Source: Octopus sinensis
Taxonomy: Eukaryota
Assembly (NCBI RefSeq): GCF_006345805.1
Contig: NC_043015.1
Location: 21,514,001-21,578,000 of the forward strand
DNA: 64,000 bases
Direction of reading: 5' to 3'
The translations under genes and the position numbers were made by a program. Shown here piece by piece: positions 55,186-64,000 of this stretch. Below the pieces are notes generated by a model. It was not told the origin of the DNA and ran no database searches. It saw only the letters and a list, made by a program, of their open reading frames with translations. The stretch's first letter is position 1, and each line of letters opens with the position of its first letter.

Positions 55186-56456
55186 TTAGGTCGTCAAGTA
55201 TGAAATTTGTAGAACAGAAAAAAGTTTGCTAATGTTTTATAAATGCAAGGAATAGTTTTATTCATCAAAGTATGCACCCATATTGTCAATACACATTTGC
55301 CATTTCAGCGAGATCTTGTCCAGCCTGGAACTGTAAAAGCCTGGCAATCTAGAGTCAATAAAATATTGGAAGGATTGTCTTACAGCATCGTCGGAATTGA
55401 ATTTTTTTCCTATTAAGAAGTTATCCAAATTCTGGAAGAAGTGGTAGTCAGTGGGAGCCAGATCAGGTGAGTATGGTGGATGATGGAGAAGTCCAACTTC
55501 TGTAGTTTCTCCAATATGTGTATCTGTGTTGTGTTGCGATAAAATAGGAGTGGATCTGTTGACTAATCTAGGCAGTTCTTTTTGTAAGTTTCTGCATCAT
55601 TTGGTCCAGTTGGCTGCAGTATACTTCGGCCGTGACTGATGTGCCAGGTTTAATGAAATCATAATGGATCAAACCTGCGCCAGGCCACCAAACACACACC
55701 ATCAGCTTGTTTCATGAGTTTTGCTTTTTGGAATGTTTTGTTGTCATGTCTTTGTCTAACCATTGTGCTGAACGCTTACGGCTGTTGTACTGGATCCGTT
55801 TCTGATCACGATACAATTCCATTCAAACATTATTCATTTTTGTGGCGAGAAAGTAGCATAATGCAGGCTATAAAATATTGCTGTTTCTGATTTTCATTGA
55901 GCTCATGTGGAACCCACTTATCCAACTTTATCACTTTACCGATTTGAACTAGCTGAGTCAATATTGTTTGCTTGCTAACACCCCCAAAAAACAAATAATA
56001 ATTCATGGGCACTTTGAGATAAATCTGAGTCGAAGGTGACGTTCAATTCGTCATTATCCACCTTTGTTTCTAGACAACTGCATTTCTCATTTGTGAGATC
56101 AATGTTACCAGGACGAAATTTTGCAAATCACTTTGATACTGCTTGCTGTGCAATAACATTAGAGTGAAATACTCCATTAATATTCCAAACTGTCTGTGCT
56201 GCTGTCTTTCCAAGAAAAAAAACACATATTTCAAAACTGTATGAATTTCCGACTAATCCATCTCTAAGCAAAAATAGCAAAAAAAAAAACAAATTATAAA
56301 TACGGTATAAAGCACAAAATGAGTTAGAATAAAGTAATAGGTGGGCCAGCTTTCTAACAAAAAATAAAGGTTGTCAAAATATCATAATGGCGCAAAATGA
56401 GCAGCTGACAAAGTTTACCATATACCTCACTACAAGTTTCTTAATTGAAGACGTAA
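55186..56456 (-). mobile_element. Full-length but decayed mariner, 1271 bp
   Basis: Terminal inverted repeats match at 24/29 counting the flanking TA (TTAGGTCGTCAAGTATGAAATTTGTAG); TA at both ends; KLDKWVPH and YSPDLAPTDYHFF motifs. Confidence 0.88.
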
Positions 56457-56494
56457 TACATACATACATACATATATATATATATGTACCAATA

Positions 56495-58197
56495 TCTATA
56501 AATCTGAAATGCGAAAAGTTTGTTTGTTTGTCTGGTTTTGGCATTGGAACGGGTTAAACGGCACTAGATCCCGTCCAATTGACTCCAAAATTTACAGAGA
56601 CATGTAAGAAGAGGTGAGGATGTACGTGGGCTGGGTTAGAAATCACTATCTTAAAATTCTTGGTTACTAGTGCAAAGAAACGCACACTTTGACAAGTCTT
56701 CTCTCATTCTCGTATCTGCCTGTCTTCCTCCGTCTCTCTCTCTCTTTCCTCCCTTCCTTTCACGTTCTCTCTACAACGACGTTTGACAGCATCTACTGTC
56801 ATATATATAATACATATATATAATACGTAAATATGTACAGATATATATAATACGTATATATGTATAAATATAAATATATATATATATACTCTTTTACTCT
56901 TTTACTTGTTTCAGTCATTTGACTGCGGCCATGCTGGAGCACCGCCTTTAATCGAGCAACTCGACCCTGGGACTTATTCTTTTTGTAAGCCCAGTACTTA
57001 TTCTATCGGTCTCTTTTGCCGAACCGCTAAGTAACGGGGGACATAAACACACCAGCATCGGTTGTCAAGCAATGCTAGGGGGACAAACACAGACACACAA
57101 ACACACACACGCATATATATATATATATACATATATACGACGTGCTTCTTTCAGTTTCCGTCTACCGAATCCACTCACAAGGCTTTGGTTGGCCCGAGGC
57201 TATAGTAGAAGACACTTGCCCAAGGTGCCACGCAGTGGGACTGAACCCGGAACCATGTGGTTGGTAAACAAGCTACTTACCACACAGCCACTCCTGCGCC
57301 ATATATATATATATATAATGTGTGCATTATGTGGTCGGTTGAGCTGAAAATATGCACATCTATGTTAAAAGTGCTGGCGGGTTTGCATGACAACTATTTT
57401 CCCCCTCAAATGAAAGGCGTGACCTCTAGGACAAAATTCCTCATCTTATAAAATGTGGCCCGAGTAGACCTGAATGAAATCTGGTTATATTAACCAATAT
57501 TTGAAAAGGGGTCTAAATGGGGCTGGAAGGGAATTAAAATTTACACGAGTGGGTGTTTAGGAATTCTCTGTTACATCAAGCTAAAAAAATTGCCTCAGCC
57601 TTTAAATCTTCAATGTGTTGCCTTCCATGATGAAGAAGTTTTGAATGCATGCTATGGTGAGTCTACTGTCGTGAGAAAGAATCACTTCAAAAGTGGGTGT
57701 TTAGGAATTTTCTTTTACATCAAGTTCAAAATTTTACGACAGCCATTAAACTGCCACTACGTTGTTGTCAGTTGTTACGGAATGCCAGCCATGTTGACTC
57801 TACTATCCTCAGATTCTATCCCTTCAAACTTTGGTTTCCAATATTTTTTTTTTAGTTTTATTCAGCTGGCAAGTTCGTCTGTCCCTTTTAAATGTTAGTG
57901 TTTTGCTGTCTGCCCAGAAGCAGACCTTTCCGTTGTCACAGCCTGACATTTATGATTGGTCTTTCAAAATATTTTCTTTCTAAACTTACTCAAGATCATT
58001 TGTTGTTTATAAATGGGAGATAGATAGATAGAGAAAGCGAGGGAGAGTCCGAGAGAAAGGAAGAGTAAGAGAGCGGGAAAGTGAGCGAGAAAGGAGAGAA
58101 AAAGAAAGGGGAGAATGTGGTGATAAAAACAGAAGGGAAGCAACAGAAAGTAACAACCACACTCTTACTCGCGCGTAGAGGTGGTCACATTAAGCTA

Positions 58198-58198
<1 letters not shown>
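56495..58198 (+). mobile_element. Candidate non-autonomous Helitron-like element containing a nested SINE
   Basis: 5' A|TCTATAAAT..GCGAAAAGTTTGTTTGTTTG; 3' imperfect hairpin ACCAC..GTGGT then CTAG|T. Whether the two ends belong to one element is unproven. Confidence 0.4.
56887..57300 (-). mobile_element. SINE family B, full length
   Basis: Near copy of 17569-17975, inserted in a TA-rich tract. Confidence 0.88.
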
Positions 58199-58851
<653 letters not shown>

Positions 58852-59694
58852 ACATATTACATAGAATATGTTGTCTATTGATTCTTTATACATGCTAGGC
58901 AACAGGTGGTGAAATTTAAAAAACTCACTACTTTATATATATTTCACGTATCTATATACATATATATACATCCATATATATATACATATATACATAAATA
59001 CATAAATATATATAATACACACACACACATATAAATATATATATATGTGTGTGTGTGTGTATGTATGTAAAAACGTACACATAGATATACATACATAATC
59101 ACTCTCTACAGGTGATCTATGCCACGAATTAACATTTCCCTCATGTTTGTGATAAACTGAACAATACATTCTTTCAGAATTCACAATGCCACAAATGTCT
59201 TTAAACCATTTTCTGCTACAAGAATGCTTATTTCTATAGAAGCTTTATCAGTGGAATTGTTACCAGTTATGCATTGCTTAGTTAACAAATACATGTTATG
59301 ATACTTCATAGCTAAATTTTCAATGAAAATAATAAACATTATTTTACAGACAACACGCGAACCAATAATTTTATTTACGTTTTTCTCTATTTTCGTCAGC
59401 CTCTATTTTCTCTCCCTCTCTACTAATTTTAACACTACATAATTGGCCTCTTTCTATTCTTTTCATTCTTCACATATTCCTTCTTTCTCTCTATTCCTCC
59501 ATTGACATTCATTTTACCCTATTATTCAATATTTTCAACTATCTAATTGTTTCAACTTATATCTTACATATTACTGCTGATGGTGGTAGTGCTGCTGCTA
59601 TAACTATTACTACTACTACTTCTACTACTACTACTACTACTACTACTACTATCTCAAATCTGAGAAATATGTATACATATATATTTATACGTTG

Positions 59695-59850
59695 TTTTAT
59701 TCTTTTACTTGTATCAGTCATTTGACTGCTGCCATACTGGAGAACTGTCTTCAGTCGAACACATCCATCCCAGGACTTATTCTTTGTAATCCTAGTATTC
59801 ATTTTATCGGTCTCTTTGGCCGAACCGCTAGGTTACGGTGACGTAAACAC
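59695..59850 (-). mobile_element. SINE family B, 3' part
   Basis: CTTTTACTTGTATCAGTCATTTGACTG..GCCGAACCGCTAGG. Confidence 0.75.
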
Positions 59851-61198
59851 GCCAACACCTATTTGTACGTTACACATATAATTACACTATAAATAATATC
59901 TATGAAATGTGGATATGTCTCGGTGACCGTTTAGACAAAATGCTATGATTATTTAGCAATGACATAAATTTCTGAGTTCAAATACTCACTAAGCTCGAAT
60001 TTGTGTTTTATTCTTTCGCAGGGTGGATAAAATTTAGTACTGCTGAAGACTTTAATTCTCTGTATGCCAACCGTATATATTTTTAGCTTTGTATCTTAGA
60101 TAGAAATCAATATAAATGTCGCAAACTTTCAGATTGCAAGATATACTATATGTTTATGTGCGGAATTAGATTGAGAGAAGAGAAATTTACTTGGCGATTA
60201 ATCTCCATCCAGTTAACCACCACCAAATGACGACGAGGATATATATTCTTTTTTAATGTCGTTAGAAACAATCCCAGCTGAAACCAGCCTGAAATATGGC
60301 TGGAAAAGAGACGGAAATGTAAGGAAACTTAAGTCGGCAACAATTTAATTGGCATCATTCCATCTTAGCCCAAACTGACCTTATTGAAGCCATTATTAAA
60401 AGGAAAAATATATATATGTTTTAATGATAACGTAAAGAAAAATAATATTAATAATAAAAGTCATGAAAAGAACATCCACGCTCTCTGCCTCTCTTTTCTG
60501 CGTAATATTTTGCTGCATTTCTTACGCAAGTATTGGGCTTCTCATTCGTTAACGCTATCACTAAGTGGGAACTATTGTAACATATTTAAATATCAAAGAC
60601 ATGAGGCACGGCTGTCATCGTTGCTACTGATGTGCGTATGACTATATAGCTGTCTACCTGAATATATATATATATATACACCCACACCCTACACACATGC
60701 ACATATATATGTATGAATGTATGTATGTATGCATGCATTCATGCATGTTTACAACACAAAATGTGTTGTCTGCCTGACTGTTTTGTCGTTCAGTCTGTAT
60801 CGATGGATGGATTGAATGATGGATGGATGAATTCGTGTGTGTATGTACGTATGTATGTAGATATACACATATATGTGGAGTCACCCCATTACGGATTTCA
60901 AACCACGACATCGCTCGACGCATGTCACATTCAAGCTCATGTTATCACCTAAAAGAGTGACTGGCTTTCATATATGATAGATTTTTCCAGACTGTGGTTG
61001 AACGTTCTCGGTGATTGCCTGTATATAGAGTCTGTTTTAAGCGCCACACCGCAGCCTGCACCAGCTTTCCGTTCGATTTACTCACCCCTTTACTGTTTAC
61101 ATAGCCGTTCTAATGATTGCATATTTAACCTCATATGTGTTATATGAGGGCACAGCTATGCATACATGCACGCATGTATACATACATTCATACATACA

Positions 61199-61232
<34 letters not shown>

Positions 61233-61702
61233 CATACATACATACATACTATATACATACATACATACATACATACATACATACATAAATACATATAGAT
61301 ATAGAACTACTGTGAAATAAATTATGTTCCCTCACTTGATCACCTCTGGAGTGCTTTTGCTTCACCTAGCTCTGGGGTACGTTGTATTACTTTAATCCTA
61401 TACGTCTTTGAAGGACTTTTTACTGGATGAAAACCTCAGCCCAAGGCGCTTAAACAACAGACAATATTTAAGTATGTGGTATTGATAATATTTTTGTTTT
61501 GGAGCATTGTTTCATAGTTTTAATACACACCCACAAACAAACACACACGCACACACCCACACACGCACACACACACATATATAGATACATTTTCACATAT
61601 ATATGCACATCCATACGTACATAACATATATATACATACATACATATATACATATATATATATATGTATATATATATGTATATATATATGTATATATATA
61701 TG

Positions 61703-61749
<47 letters not shown>

Positions 61750-61774
61750 CGTATGTATGTATAGGCACATATAT

Positions 61775-61990
61775 ATATATTAAAAATATGACCGCGTGTG
61801 TACCATTGGCGATTTTTTTCCTCCGTTTTCCTTTCTCTGGATCGTTCATTTTCCTAGGTTTCTGACGAAGAGCTCCGCTCGAAACGTTAAGCCCTCCTTC
61901 TTCCCTTCCTTCCTGAGCGTCCAATAATATTATATTTGTTCCACGTCCTCTCGTTGTTGTGTTCATCTCTGTGTTTTCATGTTTGGATTA

Positions 61991-61997
<7 letters not shown>
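61775..61997 (+). mobile_element. Short non-coding pLTR/retrozyme-like unit between (TA)n tracts
   Basis: Contains an intact hammerhead; its 3' end TTTGGATTAACTTTATA is shared with the 51975-52295 copies. Confidence 0.65.
61857..61893 (+). ncRNA. Minimal type I hammerhead ribozyme with intact core
   Basis: GGTTT-CTGACGA-A-GAGC(tcc)GCTC-GAAAC-GTT-AAGCC. Stem I is GGTTT/AAGCC and stem III is the palindrome ACGT. Confidence 0.75.
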
Positions 61998-62053
<56 letters not shown>

Positions 62054-62599
62054 GTGTGTGTGTATGTGTGTGTGTGTATGTGTGTGTGTGTCTATTTCTA
62101 TAGAAATTAGAGGCAGTACTAAGGGTCATGATGTTTCGCATACAAATACGTCTATATAATCAATATGATAGGAGATAGAAAATAAGTAATGTGTTTATAT
62201 TCATGTTTCAGGAGGTTTTGCTCCTTCTTGCGCTCCACATCGATTCTATTAACCACTCATAAAACATATAGCTCAAACACATTCCTGGCAGCTGATATGT
62301 ATATATGTATTGCTTGCATGGACACTGTTCTTCGATATGCAACCATAATATGCTAAGATGTATATTAGAGGCTTAGAAGTGAACAGTGTTCTTTACGCCT
62401 GTCATCCTCTGCGATTCAGTCGTTCTGCAATCTCCAGAGATTTTCTATAGAAATTAGAAACAGCAACGAAAGTTACGACGTTTCCTTCATGAATACGTAT
62501 ATGTAAAGAACGCGATCGCAGGTTACGATTGTATATGCGTATTTCAGAAATCATTGCTCTGTCGTCATCGTAATCGTCACCGGCATCAACTTCACCGTC

Positions 62600-63115
62600 A
62601 TAGTCTTCTTGTTCTTAATCTTGTTCTTCTTCTTCTTCTTCTCTTCTTCTTCTTCTTCTTCTTCTTCTTCTTTCTTCTTTCTTCTTCTTCTTCTTCTCTT
62701 CTTCTTCTTCTTCTTCTTCTTCTTTTCTCCTTCTCTTTTTCTTCTTCTCTTCTTCTCTCTTCTTCTTCTTCTTCTTCTTCTCTACTACTTCTTTCCTTCT
62801 TCTTTCTTCTTCTTCTTCTTCTTTTCTTCTTCTCTTCTTCTTCTCTTCTTCTTTCTTCTTCTTCTTTCTCCTTTCTTCTTCTCCTCTTCTTCTCTTTCTC
62901 CTTCTTCTCCTTCTTCGTCTTCTTTCTTCTTCTCTTCCTCTCTTCTCGTCTTCTCTTCTTCTTCTTCTTTCTTCTTCTCTACTGTCTTCTTCTTCTTATT
63001 CTTCTTCTTCTTCTCTCTTCTTCTACTTCCTTCTTCTTCTTATTCTTCTTCTTCTTCTTCTTCTTCTCTTCATCTTCCTCCTCTTCCTCCTCCTTCCACT
63101 TCTTTTGCTTCTTAC
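62600..63115. repeat. Degenerate (CTT)n polypyrimidine tract, ~500 bp
   Basis: Seen directly. Confidence 0.95.
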
Positions 63116-63309
63116 TGCTTTATATATTTTCTTAGTTATTTTTTGATTTCCTTAAATCCTCTTAAATTTTTTTGTGGTATTCACCAAAACCAGCACCACA
63201 ACCGCCCCCACCCATCAGCCGCACATCACTACCACCACCACCACCACCACCACCACCACGATCTACAGCAAGAACAACAACGAAAATTCCTCCTCCTCCT
63301 CCTCCTCTT

Positions 63310-63357
<48 letters not shown>

Positions 63358-64000
63358 ATACTACTACTTCTTGTTATTTTTGGATTTGTATCTATTATGG
63401 TATCTTGATCCTGCTTGCTCAACTTTTTCTTCCTCCTGCTCTACTTCTTCCACATTAGTTAAACCTCCCATTTTTTGATATTGTTCCCCATCGTCCATCG
63501 CCTTAGTCGCCTCCTCGCATCTCCTTCCTTCTTTTCCTCCTCGCCCTTCCCCTTCTAATTCTAACTTTTGTGGATTTTTGCTATTACTGACGTTCTATAT
63601 ATTTATTTTTCTTTCGGTTTTTCTTTCAAATGATCCTCCTTTCTTCTTTCTCATATTTCCCCCCTCTTTTCACTCCCCACACTTCCTTATTCTCCATCAG
63701 TTTCTTCATCTAAAACACTTACTTAAGCCGACATTTTGTCAATGGTTCACGTCGATGAATAAGACCTAATTATACATCAGTTTTCTCTCAATGAAACATT
63801 TTATGACCTTTTCTCGACACACTACTCCACCGTCACTCATTCTCACTTCACTATATTCTACCCACATTCATTCGCCTCTTACATGCACACACTCATGCAT
63901 TCATTGAAATCTGTGCGGACACACACACACACACACACACACGTTCTACCAATATAGCAACTCTCATATTGCCTTACGCACCTTTCCGAGCCAACAAAAC

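Noticed and set aside
62095-62507. Two ~65 bp diverged direct repeats (TTTCTATAGAAATTAGA..) 347 bp apart
   Set aside because: Low identity beyond the first 17 bp, with no termini or TSD to define an element.

Overview
Eukaryotic, AT-rich, intergenic or intronic DNA saturated with microsatellites and transposable elements. The SINE types and very dense (TA)n/(AAT)n/(TATC)n/(ACT)n tracts suggest a cephalopod, most likely Octopus; this is an inference, not a database result. I can support no host gene, rRNA, true tRNA or CRISPR array, and most ORF-track entries are microsatellite or antisense artefacts. The real coding remnants are R4/Dong-like RT+RLE retrotransposons in (AAT)n, Penelope-like elements (RT+GIY-YIG), Tx1/L1-clade APE+RT LINEs, CR1-group LINE ends and several Tc1/mariner transposons. 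The most unusual structure is a ~5 kb Penelope-like element (9972-14938) with ~1.85 kb inverted arms and an internally inverted RT segment. It carries a minimal hammerhead ribozyme in each arm, one intact and one core-mutated. At least three further hammerhead-bearing short repeat families occur, one apparently with a recurrent CUGU core variant. Coordinates were read by eye and element edges may be off by a few tens of bases unless a TIR or TSD fixes them.
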